Below, piece after piece: positions 16,974-26,707 of a stretch of 32,000 nt of DNA. The stretch is from Candidatus Electrothrix yaqonensis (GTDB lineage: Bacteria; Desulfobacterota; Desulfobulbia; Desulfobulbales; Desulfobulbaceae): contig CP178758.1 in NCBI GenBank assembly GCA_047651235.1, positions 2,280,001 to 2,312,000 on the forward strand. The letters are read 5' to 3'. The notes under the pieces were generated by a model. It was not told where the DNA came from and ran no database searches. It was given only the letters and a program-made list of their open reading frames with translations. Positions within the stretch are counted from its first letter, which is position 1. Every line of letters starts with the position of its first letter. Both the position numbers and the translations under genes were made by a program.

Positions 16974-19325
16974 TCAATCTTCATTTCGGGTGGCATTCTC
17001 ACAAAATTTACAGGCTTCATCCTGCTCCCACACCGGCCCGTTTGCCGTATCGTGAACAATAATTCCTTTCTCCAGTAACTCTGTCCTAGCCTGATCCGCT
17101 GCAGGCCAATCCCGCCGTTGGCGCGCTTCTTCCCGCTGTTCAATCAGCCGGTTGATTTCCGGGGCCAGGACGCACTGCTCCAGGCGGAGAAAACCGAGAA
17201 CTCTGTTCATCCTGCGCAGCAGAGCAAAAATATCATTTTTCTGTTCCGAATCAAGGGCACCGACATAGAGGATCGGGTTCACCTTTTTGATGAATTCAAA
17301 TAGAGCGCCGACTGCGCCGGAAATATTCAGATCATCATCCAGCGCCGTAATAAACTGTTCCTCCAGTTCGACCAGGAGAGGGCTGATGGCCGGATGGGGA
17401 AGTCCGGGACGCAGGCAACGTAATTTTCTGGTAAATTCATCAATGCGTTTCAGGGCCTTGCGCACGGAATCCAGCTTTTTCCAGCTGAAATGCAGGGCCT
17501 TACGGTAATGCACCCCGAGCAGCATAAAGCGTATTTCCCGACCGATGTACCCTTTATCCAGCACCTGCTGCAGCGTCACCACGTTATCTGCTTCTGCAGA
17601 CATTTTTTTGCCCTTGTGCAGCAGCAGGCCGGAGTGGAGCCAGTACTTGGCCAGCGGCTTGCCGGTCAATGCCTCGGCAATGGCAATCTCGTTTTCATGA
17701 TGGGGAAAGAGCAGATCCTGACCGCCGATATGAATATCAATGGTTTCTCCGAGACATTTTGTGGACATTGCCGTACATTCGATATGCCAGCCCGGCCGGA
17801 TATTGCCCCAGTCGGTTTCAAAAAAAATGCCTTTTTTCAGCTCGCCGAGGGTGGAGCGCTTGAGCAAGGTAAAGTCTCTCGGATTTCCCTTTTCATAATT
17901 ATCCAGATCAACCGTCCGGCCCACCTGAATTTTGCTTAAATCAGCACCGGATAGCTGACCGTATTTCCTGAATTTGGAAATATCAAAATAGACCGACCCA
18001 TGTTTTTCATAGGCATAGCCTTTATGGATCAGTTCGTGGGCGATCTCAATCATTTCACCGACATAATCCGATGCTTTGGGATAGCCGGAAAAATCATTCA
18101 TCCCAAGGATGCTGATGGCCTCGCGGAAGAGGGAAATATATTTTGCCGTGAAGTCGGCCAGCGGCTGACCGGCCTTTTCAGCCCCGCTGATGGTATTATC
18201 ATCCAGGTCGGTAAAATTCATCATGGACTGGACTTCAAAGCCCTTGAAGCGGAGATACCGGGTGATCAGATCGGCAACAACCAGACGGCGGCAGTGGGAC
18301 AGATCGGGCTGTTCATAGGCGGTCGGCCCGCAGGCGTAAAAGGTAACTTTTTTTCCCTGGAGAGGCCGGAAGGCGTCTTTTTTTCGGCTGACCGTGTTGT
18401 ACAGGCAGAATTGCTGCCCGCTGTTTTCCAGTTTTTCCCGGCGGATAAAGAGTGGTGTGCTCAGGTAGCGCTCACCGCCGTCCGGCAGGATGGCAACAAC
18501 ATAGCTGTCCTTCTGTTTTTCGGCCTGCTCCATGGCAGCAAACATGGCAGCCCCGGAACTCATGCCGACAAAAAGTCCCTCTCTGCGGGCCAGGATTCGG
18601 GAAGTGCGGAAGGCATCCTCGTCTGCCACATTGACGATTGCATGAGGCAGAGATTTGTCAAATATCTCCGGCCGGTAGGACTCTTTCATATTTTTGAGAC
18701 CCTGAATCTTATGCCCGTAATACGGTTCCACGGCAACAACCCGGACTGACGGATGATGTTCTCTGAACCAGATGGACAGCCCCATTGCCGTGCCGGACGT
18801 CCCCAGCGTGGAGATAATATGCGTGACCTTACCGCCACTCTGTTCCCAAATTTCCGGAGCCGTGCTGTTGTAATGGGCCTGCCAGTTGGCCGGATTGTTG
18901 AACTGATCCGTGAGGAAATACAGACCCGGATGTTCACGCACCAGGGCATAGGCTTTTTCAATGGCTCCGTCCGTGGAACGGACAGCCGGGGTGAGTAGGA
19001 GTTCAGCACCGTAGGCCCGCATGATCTGCCGCCGCTCCATGCTTGCCGACTCCGGCATCACCAGCCGGCACCGGTAGCCCTTGGCTGCACAGACCATGGC
19101 AATGCCGATGCCGGTGTTGCCGCTGGTGGCCTCCAGGACAATCTTGTCCCGGGTCAGCTCGCCGCTCTGTTCCCCGGCCTCGATCATGTTCAGGGCAGGC
19201 CGATCTTTGACCGAGCCGCCCGGATTCAGGCATTCGAGCTTGGCGTGAATTTCGCCTGCTTCCGGCCCGACCATGCGGGGCAGGGAGACAACCGGGGTAT
19301 TGCCGATAAGATTCAAAAGATTCAT
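16974..19325 (-). CDS. fusion protein: cysteine synthase (CysK/CysM-type PLP enzyme) :: cysteinyl-tRNA synthetase-like domain
   Basis: The N-terminal ~300 aa carry NPGGSVKDR (PLP Lys), TSGNTGIGIA and GTSGT. The C-terminal ~470 aa are collinear with CysRS (ACGPT, PGWHIECTAM, FPHHENEIA, anticodon-binding DDDLN region). However HIGH reads DLSH and KMSKS reads KMSAE. ATG 19325 (TTG 19328 in the track). Confidence 0.85.
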   Translation of the reverse strand: MNLLNLIGNTPVVSLPRMVGPEAGEIHAKLECLNPGGSVKDRPALNMIEAGEQSGELTRDKIVLEATSGNTGIGIAMVCAAKGYRCRLVMPESASMERRQIMRAYGAELLLTPAVRSTDGAIEKAYALVREHPGLYFLTDQFNNPANWQAHYNSTAPEIWEQSGGKVTHIISTLGTSGTAMGLSIWFREHHPSVRVVAVEPYYGHKIQGLKNMKESYRPEIFDKSLPHAIVNVADEDAFRTSRILARREGLFVGMSSGAAMFAAMEQAEKQKDSYVVAILPDGGERYLSTPLFIRREKLENSGQQFCLYNTVSRKKDAFRPLQGKKVTFYACGPTAYEQPDLSHCRRLVVADLITRYLRFKGFEVQSMMNFTDLDDNTISGAEKAGQPLADFTAKYISLFREAISILGMNDFSGYPKASDYVGEMIEIAHELIHKGYAYEKHGSVYFDISKFRKYGQLSGADLSKIQVGRTVDLDNYEKGNPRDFTLLKRSTLGELKKGIFFETDWGNIRPGWHIECTAMSTKCLGETIDIHIGGQDLLFPHHENEIAIAEALTGKPLAKYWLHSGLLLHKGKKMSAEADNVVTLQQVLDKGYIGREIRFMLLGVHYRKALHFSWKKLDSVRKALKRIDEFTRKLRCLRPGLPHPAISPLLVELEEQFITALDDDLNISGAVGALFEFIKKVNPILYVGALDSEQKNDIFALLRRMNRVLGFLRLEQCVLAPEINRLIEQREEARQRRDWPAADQARTELLEKGIIVHDTANGPVWEQDEACKFCENATRNED

Positions 19326-19356
19326 CAAGCAGGATCTCAGATAAAATAATTACAGG

Positions 19357-19386
19357 TTAAAAGAAGGGGCACGGTGCGCCGTGCCC
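19357..19386 (-). terminator. rho-independent terminator downstream of the TolC-family gene
   Basis: On the minus strand an 8-bp GC stem GGGCACGG-CGCA-CCGTGCCC is followed by CUUCUUUUAA. Confidence 0.6.
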
Positions 19387-19411
19387 GTACAATCTCGTCA
19401 CCCGGAAATTG

Positions 19412-20860
19412 TTAAGGTTCATCAGCAATGGAAAACGGCTCCAAATTACGACCGACAGCTGCCAGCAGCTGATGCCTGGCCTGCTGATAGGCGGTGACGG
19501 CCTGCACCAGACGGGCGTAGGTGGCGGTCAGATCCCGCTGAGCTTCATTCAGCCGGACCAGAGAGGCGGAACCGGCCTCATATTCACTTTTTGCCAGCTT
19601 CCGGTTTTCTTCGACCAGCGCAACGGTTTCCCGCTGCAGCCGGACCTGTTCACGGGCAGCAGCCAGCCGGACGACATTCTGCCGCACTTCTGCGGCAATA
19701 CTGTTGCGCAGCTCGGCATGACTGTATTTTGCCTCTCTTTTCGCCTGCCGCGCCTCCAAGATCGATGCCTGGACAGCGCCTCCGGAATAGAGGGTCCAGC
19801 TGGCGCTCAGGCCGATGGAGCCTCCGAGATCATCACCGCCAGGCAGCAGGCCGTCCTGGGTGTCGCCGCCCACCTGCCCGACGATCTGCACAGTGGGCCA
19901 GTTGGCGGCTTCCGCCTGGCCCACTCCGGCTTCCGCCGCTTTGATCCGCATGGACAACGCCTTGAGGTCCGGCCGTTCCTGCAGGGCTTTTTTAATCAGC
20001 TGATCCGTCTCCCCGACGAAATCATCTGCAGAATCTGCAGAGATATCGCAGTCTCTGTCAAGTTCAGCAAGCTGCACATGCTCCGGCAGAGTCGAATCGG
20101 CAATGCCCAGCAAAGCGGCAAGACCGTATCCGGCCGCCTCATAGTCCCGCCTGCTGACCAGCAGGGTATTTTCTGCCGCATTGCGCTGCACTTTGATATT
20201 CAGCACATCGCTCAGCAAACCGCTTCCCACCTCAAGGCGGTTTTCAGCATCCTGCAGCTGCTGAGTATAAAAGTCCCTGTTGGCTTCAGCAATCTCAATG
20301 GATGTCTGGGCAAGCTGGGCATTGAAAAAGGCATCGGCAACTGCCGAGACCAGCAGGCGTCGGGTATTCCGTCTGCCTGCAACGGAAGACTGCAGCCCGT
20401 ATCTGGCCTGTTCCTGCTGAAATTTTTTCGCATGACCGTCAAACAGAAGCCAGGAGGCCTGCAGAGCCAGAGTACTGGTCTCATAATTTTGGTCCGCATC
20501 TGGCTGCGACATGGAGACAAGATCAAAATTGCTGTCTGAATATCGGGCAAGGCCGGTTGAACCGCTGGCCTGCACTCCGGGCATATCAGCCGCCATGGCC
20601 TGTTTCACCCGGGCTTTTGCCTGTTCCAGACGGGCCTGAGCAGCACCGATTCCAGGATTGCCCTGCAGGGCGATGCGCTGCGCGGTCTCCAGATCCAGTA
20701 CCTCAATTGCGCTGAGATCATATTCTGCAGATTTAGATTGAGCAGTTTCTCTGACAGCTTCCTTGCCAACTTCCTTTCCCAGCGCAGCGGTGAACAGCAG
20801 ACAGAGGGCTGCCGCCGCAATACCTGCTGTTAAAATATACTTTAATTTTATAGAGTTCAT
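19412..20860 (-). CDS. TolC-family outer membrane efflux protein
   Basis: 482 aa with a signal peptide (MNSIKLKYILTAGIAAAALCLLFTAALG). Two repeated coiled-coil/beta halves show typical OEP motifs (LDLETAQRIALQGNP..., YEAGSASLVRLNEAQ). Confidence 0.85.
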   Translation of the reverse strand: MNSIKLKYILTAGIAAAALCLLFTAALGKEVGKEAVRETAQSKSAEYDLSAIEVLDLETAQRIALQGNPGIGAAQARLEQAKARVKQAMAADMPGVQASGSTGLARYSDSNFDLVSMSQPDADQNYETSTLALQASWLLFDGHAKKFQQEQARYGLQSSVAGRRNTRRLLVSAVADAFFNAQLAQTSIEIAEANRDFYTQQLQDAENRLEVGSGLLSDVLNIKVQRNAAENTLLVSRRDYEAAGYGLAALLGIADSTLPEHVQLAELDRDCDISADSADDFVGETDQLIKKALQERPDLKALSMRIKAAEAGVGQAEAANWPTVQIVGQVGGDTQDGLLPGGDDLGGSIGLSASWTLYSGGAVQASILEARQAKREAKYSHAELRNSIAAEVRQNVVRLAAAREQVRLQRETVALVEENRKLAKSEYEAGSASLVRLNEAQRDLTATYARLVQAVTAYQQARHQLLAAVGRNLEPFSIADEP

Positions 20861-21367
20861 GATCTGTTCCGATGGCGTGACAGTTGAGGACAGCTCTGTC
20901 CCTGTTGCTCCCTATTGAAACATCGTCCTCCATATTTTGCAAAATGTTTCTTCCGGGTTATCCGCACTTGTCGGCAGATAACAAACCGCAGCGCCTCGGA
21001 ACAACAGCAGGATTATCCGAAAAAACACTTCACTCCAGCGAAAATAACGTGTATACATTCCGAATTGTTGCAGACAGCAGAGAGGGTGTTTTTTAAGGAA
21101 ACCTCAAAAGAACTCCGGAAGTGATCGATCTTCTCGAATGTTGTTTTTCGATAAATGATCGTTCTAAAAAACTTTTCAGCGCCCGAATCCTCCGTCTCTG
21201 TTTTACCGGAACCCCGGACAGTCCGGAGACAGCTGTCCGTATTGATTACGACTGCCCGGAATCCAATCCTGTTAGTTTTTAAAACAGAAGTCATGCGTTT
21301 ACCCTGCAGATAGCCAACGGAAAATCAGATTTACAGTCTATTTGAAAATTTAAGATCAGGAGAAAAA

Positions 21368-22024
21368 ATGATGAAGAACGGTATAATACTTGTTTTTGCT
21401 GTCATCCTGCTATCATTTGTAACAGGATGTTCATCAGAAAATAACAGAAAAGCACAAGGAGCTTTCCGTAACAGTCAACATGCTGTATCTGATGAAGAAG
21501 ATGTTGCTATCGATAAGGAAGTACCTTTTGCAGAACCTTCTGCGGAAGAGGAAAAACTCTATTCGTTAATCAATAACCACCGTAAACAGCATGGTTTGTC
21601 ATTTATTCCGTTATCCAAATCATTATCCTATGTTGCCAAAACTCATGTAAAAGATCTTGCAGCTCATCCCCCGGCCGGGAAATGTAATAAACATAGCTGG
21701 TCTGACAGTGATCTCTGGACATCCTGCTGCTATACAGATAACCATGCGCAAAAAAGATGTATGTGGAACAAACCTAAGAACTTGACGAATTATAGGGGAA
21801 ATGGATATGAAATTTCTTATGGTGGCAGGAAGATAAAAGCAACAGCCAAGCGGGCGCTTCAATCCTGGAAGTCCAGTCGGTTTCATAATGCGGTTATTCT
21901 TAATCGGAAGATCTGGGCAGATAAGAACTGGAAAAGTATCGGGATAGGTATCTTTGAAGATTATGCTGTTGTCTGGTTTGGTGAGAAGGTTGATCCTGAT
22001 GGATATTGGGAAAAAGGTAATTGA
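21368..22024 (+). CDS. lipoprotein with CAP/SCP/PR-1-like (YkwD-type) domain
   Basis: Lipobox LSFVTGCSS. CAP-like INNHRKQHGLSFIPLSKSLSYVAKTHVKDLAAH ... ALQSWKSSRFHNAVIL ... GIGIFEDYAVVWFG. Strong RBS AGGAGA. Confidence 0.7.
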   Translation: MMKNGIILVFAVILLSFVTGCSSENNRKAQGAFRNSQHAVSDEEDVAIDKEVPFAEPSAEEEKLYSLINNHRKQHGLSFIPLSKSLSYVAKTHVKDLAAHPPAGKCNKHSWSDSDLWTSCCYTDNHAQKRCMWNKPKNLTNYRGNGYEISYGGRKIKATAKRALQSWKSSRFHNAVILNRKIWADKNWKSIGIGIFEDYAVVWFGEKVDPDGYWEKGN

Positions 22025-22281
22025 TCCCACGGGACTTGATATACTGTCGCGTCCTGAAAAATCAGCTGGCCGGAGACACCGGTGAAATCCTGTTGCGGTA
22101 TCGGCCTTTCTCTGTTTTAATTTGTTACTCTTCCTGCTTTGTTACGGTCTATTTATCAAAGATTGCGAGGGAGAATAGATACATCGTGCTGTATTCTTGT
22201 GCATTTTTACACGCACACTCACCATTTGGACAGTCGTAAATAAAGAATATATTTCGGCTGTCTCCTTTTCCGGAGGAAGTG

Positions 22282-23307
22282 ATGCATATTCTTGTTACCG
22301 GCGGTGCCGGGTATATCGGCAGTCATACCTGTCTGGAGCTGCTCAACAGCGGACATGAGGTAACCGTTATCGACAACCTCTGCAATGCGGGTCAGGAAGG
22401 GTTACGGCGGGTGGAACGGCTCACCGGCAGATCCCTGCGTTTTTTTCAGATCGATCTTCTTGATGCGGATGCTGTTGATGCGGTGTTCAGGCAGACCCCG
22501 GAGGCGGAAGCGGTCATCCATTTTGCCGGACTCAAGGCGGTCGGGGAGTCTGTGGCAAAACCTCTGCTTTATTATCAGAATAATCTCACCGGCACGATCA
22601 ATCTCTGCCGGATCATGCAGGAACATGGGGTGAAGAATATGGTCTTCAGCTCTTCGGCTACAGTATACGGCGATCCCGCTTCCGTGCCGATTACGGAAGA
22701 TTTTCCTCTGCTGCGCTGCACCAATCCGTACGGCCGGACCAAGGCCATGATTGAAGAGATTCTCCGGGATCTGCATACGGCGGATACGGCGTGGAATATC
22801 GCTCTGCTCCGGTATTTCAATCCGGTGGGGGCGCACGAAAGCGGTGATATCGGTGAAGACCCCAACGGTATTCCCAATAATTTGATGCCGTATATTTCCC
22901 AGGTGGCTGTGGGCAAACTGGAGCAGCTTTCCGTTTTCGGTAATGATTACCCCACGCCGGACGGCACCGGGGTGCGTGATTACATCCACGTGGTTGATTT
23001 GGCTAAGGGGCATCTCTGCGCGTTGGAGAAGCTGGCAGGATGGTCCGGCGGGGTACTGGCCTATAATTTGGGAACCGGGCAGGGGTATTCTGTGCTGGAG
23101 ATGATCAGAGCCTTTGAAAAGGCAGCCGGAAAAAAGGTTCCCTATATCATCGCTCCCCGTCGCCCCGGTGATATCGCCCAATGTTATGCTGATCCGACAC
23201 GGGCTGCTCAGGAGCTGGGCTGGAAATCGGAACGGGGACTCGATGCCATGTGTACGGACACGTGGAACTGGCAGTCAAAAAATCCGAACGGCTATGCCGG
23301 AGCCTAA
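22282..23307 (+). CDS. galE: UDP-glucose 4-epimerase GalE
   Basis: [13 protein letters not shown] Rossmann motif, [13 protein letters not shown] (YxxxK), and a typical GalE C-terminus. ATG 22282 is better spaced from GGAGGA than GTG 22279. Confidence 0.95.
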   Translation: MHILVTGGAGYIGSHTCLELLNSGHEVTVIDNLCNAGQEGLRRVERLTGRSLRFFQIDLLDADAVDAVFRQTPEAEAVIHFAGLKAVGESVAKPLLYYQNNLTGTINLCRIMQEHGVKNMVFSSSATVYGDPASVPITEDFPLLRCTNPYGRTKAMIEEILRDLHTADTAWNIALLRYFNPVGAHESGDIGEDPNGIPNNLMPYISQVAVGKLEQLSVFGNDYPTPDGTGVRDYIHVVDLAKGHLCALEKLAGWSGGVLAYNLGTGQGYSVLEMIRAFEKAAGKKVPYIIAPRRPGDIAQCYADPTRAAQELGWKSERGLDAMCTDTWNWQSKNPNGYAGA

Positions 23308-23406
23308 CCTTTGGCGCCTTCCATTCGGGCAGGCCGGGCTTTGAACAGCCGGCCCCATGCTGTTCTGTTGACGGCAACCATAGCTGGCATGTAAACTCGA
23401 CTTCCC

Positions 23407-24777
23407 ATGCGTCACCCTGCTCTCCTTATCGCCGGAACTCATTCTGGCTGCGGCAAGACCACGGTCACCCTCGGCATTATGGCGGTGCTGCATCAGCGCG
23501 GGTTCACCGTGCACCCCTTTAAATGCGGCCCGGATTTCATTGACCCGACCCTGCACCGACTCATAACCGGCAATGCATCCAGGAGTCTGGATGTACGCAT
23601 GTGCGGCCCGGAGTATGTGCAGCAGACATTCAGCACCCATGCCCCGGCAGTTCCTACCGGCAGGGCAATCTCGATCATCGAAGGCGTCATGGGCCTGTTT
23701 GACGGTGGCACGAGTTCTGCTGCCCATCTGGCGATCCTGCTGGGCCTGCCGGTGATTCTGGTGGTGGATGTGCGTTCCGCAGCAGAAAGCGTGGCTGCTG
23801 TGGTCAAAGGCTTTGAGAGCCTGGATCCGCAGGTGCGGCTTGCCGGAGTGATCTGCAACCGGACAGGCAGTGAACGGCATGTGCAGATGGTGACCGATGC
23901 GGTCAGGCAGCATTGCCGGGCCGAGGTCATCGGCTCTCTGCCCAGGGAAAACGGCATCAGTCTGCCCTCCCGCCATCTCGGCCTGCACATGGGCACCGAA
24001 ATTGACCTGAACCGTACTCGGCTGATTGAACTGATGGAGGAACATCTGGACGTTGACCGGCTTGTTACCCTGGCCGGGGAAGCGCAGGTTCCCCAAAGCT
24101 CATCCGCTGCCCCACTCGAACCTGTAGGCCGGGTTCGTCTCGGTTTGGCCCGGGATGCGGCCTTCTGCTTTTATTATCAGGATAATCTGGATATGCTGGA
24201 AACCGCCGGGGCCGAGCTGGTTCTGTTCAGCCCGCTGCACGACAAAACCCTGCCGGAGAATCTTGACGGATTATATCTTGGTGGAGGGTATCCGGAGCTG
24301 CACGCAGAGGCGTTGTCGGCTAATGAGGCCATGCGGGAGGCTGTACTGGCTTTTTCACGATACGAAAAGCCGGTGTACGCAGAATGCGGCGGCTTTATGT
24401 ATCTGACCGAAGCGATTTTTTCTGCGGACGGGCAACAGTACCCGATGGTCGGAGTGTATCCGGTGACATCCCGGATGCAACCGCGTCTGCGCAGTCTCGG
24501 CTATCGCCAGGCAGAAATGCGGAGCGCAACAATCCTCGGCCCGGCAGGCAGCCGCTGCTACGGCCATGAGTTTCATTACTCCGCCATAGACGCTATGCCC
24601 GAAGAAATCAAACGGGGGTATCTGCTGGATGGCGGTCGGGAGGAAGGCTATGTCCGGGACAACACCTTGGCAGGATATGTTCACCTGCACTGGGGCCGAA
24701 CCCCGGAAGTGCCCCGGTATTTTGTCCGCATGATGCAGAAGAAAGGAACTGGCCGGGTCTATGAATTTGTTGCTTGA
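23407..24777 (+). CDS. cbiA: cobyrinate a,c-diamide synthase CbiA/CobB
   Basis: 456 aa. N-terminal P-loop GTHSGCGKTT, and a C-terminal glutamine amidotransferase domain with ECGGFMYL and a His (GHEFHYS). Confidence 0.9.
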   Translation: MRHPALLIAGTHSGCGKTTVTLGIMAVLHQRGFTVHPFKCGPDFIDPTLHRLITGNASRSLDVRMCGPEYVQQTFSTHAPAVPTGRAISIIEGVMGLFDGGTSSAAHLAILLGLPVILVVDVRSAAESVAAVVKGFESLDPQVRLAGVICNRTGSERHVQMVTDAVRQHCRAEVIGSLPRENGISLPSRHLGLHMGTEIDLNRTRLIELMEEHLDVDRLVTLAGEAQVPQSSSAAPLEPVGRVRLGLARDAAFCFYYQDNLDMLETAGAELVLFSPLHDKTLPENLDGLYLGGGYPELHAEALSANEAMREAVLAFSRYEKPVYAECGGFMYLTEAIFSADGQQYPMVGVYPVTSRMQPRLRSLGYRQAEMRSATILGPAGSRCYGHEFHYSAIDAMPEEIKRGYLLDGGREEGYVRDNTLAGYVHLHWGRTPEVPRYFVRMMQKKGTGRVYEFVA

Positions 24778-25023
24778 ACGATATTGAAGCAAGCGGGCGA
24801 GATAAGGAAGAGGAGTGACAAATTAGAAGCTGTTTTAAAAATCCTGCTGAGCCAATCTCCTTACAAGAATGCTGATCATGGAAATCTGAATCATCGTCTT
24901 TTCTGACTTTCCTGAACACTTTGATCATACCGTATCCTTTAAGATGAACTAGACCTCCTGCAAAACTGCCTGTTCTTCTCAGGCGGTGAGGTTTCCCCTT
25001 TTTTTTGTTTCGCCAGCAGTCTT

Positions 25024-25482
25024 TCATTTATCTCTTATGTGACGGAATCCCGGAGGCAGGGCAAATAAGAAACCGGGTAACGCGCAGGGCACGTACCCGG
25101 TGGACTGCTTTACATACAGCCCGAATCGCTGCTGCGGAGCAGGCCAGGCTGTAGTATTGCTTGAGACGGAGAGAGTGAGATGTACAGGTTGTAAAAAAAA
25201 CCGGCTAACGCTTCCTTCTTCTTTCTCAAGCTCTTTTGCAAGACAAAAGAATCTTTGAGCATCAATACGAAGCTCATACAGACAAAGAGCGACTGTAATT
25301 ACAAAAGCTAAAAGGGATAAAGATAGAAACCACTTTTCCATACATGATAGCGCAACTTTGTCTTGCTTCGTTAACGCAAGGAAGAACACACCAGTCGCAC
25401 CAGAGGAAACTGACAGAATATAGGCTCTTAACCTATTTCCAGCATCTTTTGCTAATTCATGATACTTTCCAATTTCAGTCAT
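25024..25482 (-). CDS. small 2-TM membrane protein (cassette ORF); 3' part probably read-through into non-coding GC-rich sequence
   Basis: The first ~90 aa are AT-rich and coherent (amphipathic N-terminus, two TM helices, ELRIDAQRFFCLAKELEKEE). After plus coordinate ~25210 the composition switches to GC-rich hairpin sequence and the translation looks non-protein-like. The ATG lies 16 nt after the attC-like junction. Confidence 0.45.
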   Translation of the reverse strand: MTEIGKYHELAKDAGNRLRAYILSVSSGATGVFFLALTKQDKVALSCMEKWFLSLSLLAFVITVALCLYELRIDAQRFFCLAKELEKEEGSVSRFFLQPVHLTLSVSSNTTAWPAPQQRFGLYVKQSTGYVPCALPGFLFALPPGFRHIRDK

Positions 25483-25498
25483 CTCGGACCCTTAACTG

Positions 25499-25580
25499 TC
25501 ATAACGCCATGCTTCATGGGCGCCGCAGTCCGGCTGCGCGAGCGGACGGGCAAGGTGTCCCATGGAAGCAAATGTTATGC
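25499..25580 (-). other. attC-like recombination site (82 nt)
   Basis: Minus strand: GCATAAC-ATTTG-CTTCCATGGG-(38 nt)-CCCATGAAG-CATGGC-GTTATGA. The L'' arm has one extra C, which gives an extrahelical G on the bottom strand. Confidence 0.55.
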
Positions 25581-25587
25581 GAATTCT

Positions 25588-26553
25588 TTATTCTGGTAAA
25601 TCTGGCAATCCCTCAAGAATTTCTTCAGTAGACTGTGCTACCGCTGGGTAAATACGTTTAAGTTCATCAACATCTACCTTGCGTCTCTTGAGATTGAAGC
25701 TTCCAGTCGTATTGTAGATCTCATAAAAATCAATTTTATTGGGTCGCGCTTCTAGGCTGCTTACGATAGCGTAAACAATTGCGTTTGGACAACGTAATCC
25801 GAATGTAACGTCTTTAAGCTCTAACGGCGAATTTTGTAAACCCTTGTTGCCAATAATGCGCCACTCTTTTTCATATTTCCACGAATTTGCTTTTCTAAAA
25901 TAAACACGGCTATCCAACAGATTTCTCGATTGTATGTTGTTTTCTACCAACGCTTCCTGAACCAGACTTGTGGGTATTTTTCGAGTTCGGTTGTATTCAA
26001 TTTTTTGTATATTCGGTTCTGGTTTTCGACTAAAACCATATCCCAAACAAATTCCCTTGTGTTCATCACCATAATGACTCCATAGAACGGGATCAATTAC
26101 CGTTGAAGAAAAACAACATAATCCGCGATCATATTTTTTTAAGATTTCGGATTGTATTTTCTGGGTCAGTAAAAATATTTCTGAGTCTTCAGGATTGCTA
26201 CCCAAATCAGGATCTTTCGCATAATAGGCAATATTGGCTAATTCAGCTTCTGCTTTCTGACTCGCCGTTTTTCTTGCATATGATTCGGCGTTCTTTCCCT
26301 TAATTTCAGAATTCGATAGTTGAAACATTATTTCATTCGAAACTCTTCTTTCAATCAGTTTTGACAAAAGAACTCGCATATCCTGTAAATTCGTGTCGAA
26401 TTCTATCGCCGGTTTACAATCGAAAGGATCATTGTACTTGGTTGGATCAGCATAATATATTTTGTCCTCACATATTAATTCGATCGTTTCTGCAGTTACG
26501 CTTCGATATCGGAAAATTGATTTGGGAAGCTTCGCCTTCATTTTCATCCCCAC
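25588..26553 (-). CDS. DUF2971 family protein
   Basis: 321 aa. FRYRSV...IYYADPTKYNDPFDC, CCFSS...VLWSHYGDEHKGICLGY and WKYEKEWRI match the DUF2971 pattern. The start is ambiguous (GTG 26553, ATG 26547 or 26541). Confidence 0.8.
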   Translation of the reverse strand: MGMKMKAKLPKSIFRYRSVTAETIELICEDKIYYADPTKYNDPFDCKPAIEFDTNLQDMRVLLSKLIERRVSNEIMFQLSNSEIKGKNAESYARKTASQKAEAELANIAYYAKDPDLGSNPEDSEIFLLTQKIQSEILKKYDRGLCCFSSTVIDPVLWSHYGDEHKGICLGYGFSRKPEPNIQKIEYNRTRKIPTSLVQEALVENNIQSRNLLDSRVYFRKANSWKYEKEWRIIGNKGLQNSPLELKDVTFGLRCPNAIVYAIVSSLEARPNKIDFYEIYNTTGSFNLKRRKVDVDELKRIYPAVAQSTEEILEGLPDLPE

Positions 26554-26602
26554 CGTTGTAATTCGATAACAATTTGTTTTAGCCGAACTTCATGTTGGCT
26601 TC

Positions 26603-26707
26603 GCATAACGATGAAGCTCACGGGCCCGCCGATCGAGCGAAGCGAGGAGGGAACCCAGCTGAGCCGCAGGCGAAGTTGGGCGGGTCCGGTGCAGCGCCGG
26701 GTTAGGC
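26603..26707 (-). other. attC-like recombination site (105 nt)
   Basis: Minus strand: GCCTAAC-CCGGC-GCTGCACCGGACCCGCC ... GGCGGGCCCGTGAGC-TTCATC-GTTATGC. The arms pair with two extra bases in the L'' arm. The stop codon TAA of the upstream ORF lies inside R''. Confidence 0.55.

Noticed and set aside
16683-17078. 131-aa plus-strand ORF
   Set aside because: It runs straight across the tRNA-Arg gene and the 3' end of the cysK::cysS-like gene on the other strand, so it is an ORF artefact.
21013-21294. 93-aa minus-strand ORF in the TolC/CAP spacer
   Set aside because: It has no RBS and no recognisable motif, and it overlaps the palindrome-containing regulatory spacer. It was not called, although a small orphan gene cannot be excluded.
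24608-25027. 139-aa minus-strand ORF containing HRLRRTGSFAGGLVHLKGYG, faintly like box II (HxLRHT) of a tyrosine recombinase. It could be an integrase remnant at the island edge.
   Set aside because: The match is short and weak, with no downstream LGH...Y catalytic tyrosine context. The ORF's 3' part runs antisense into cbiA (24608-24777). The evidence is insufficient to call a pseudogene.
25187-25210. GTTAGCC / TTACAAC cores on the minus strand as the missing attC of the fourth cassette
   Set aside because: The cores do not complement the cassette's TTATGA start. The flanking arms pair only weakly (TTTACA...TGTAAA) and there is no GTT at the far end. This is treated as a degenerate array end, not as an attC.
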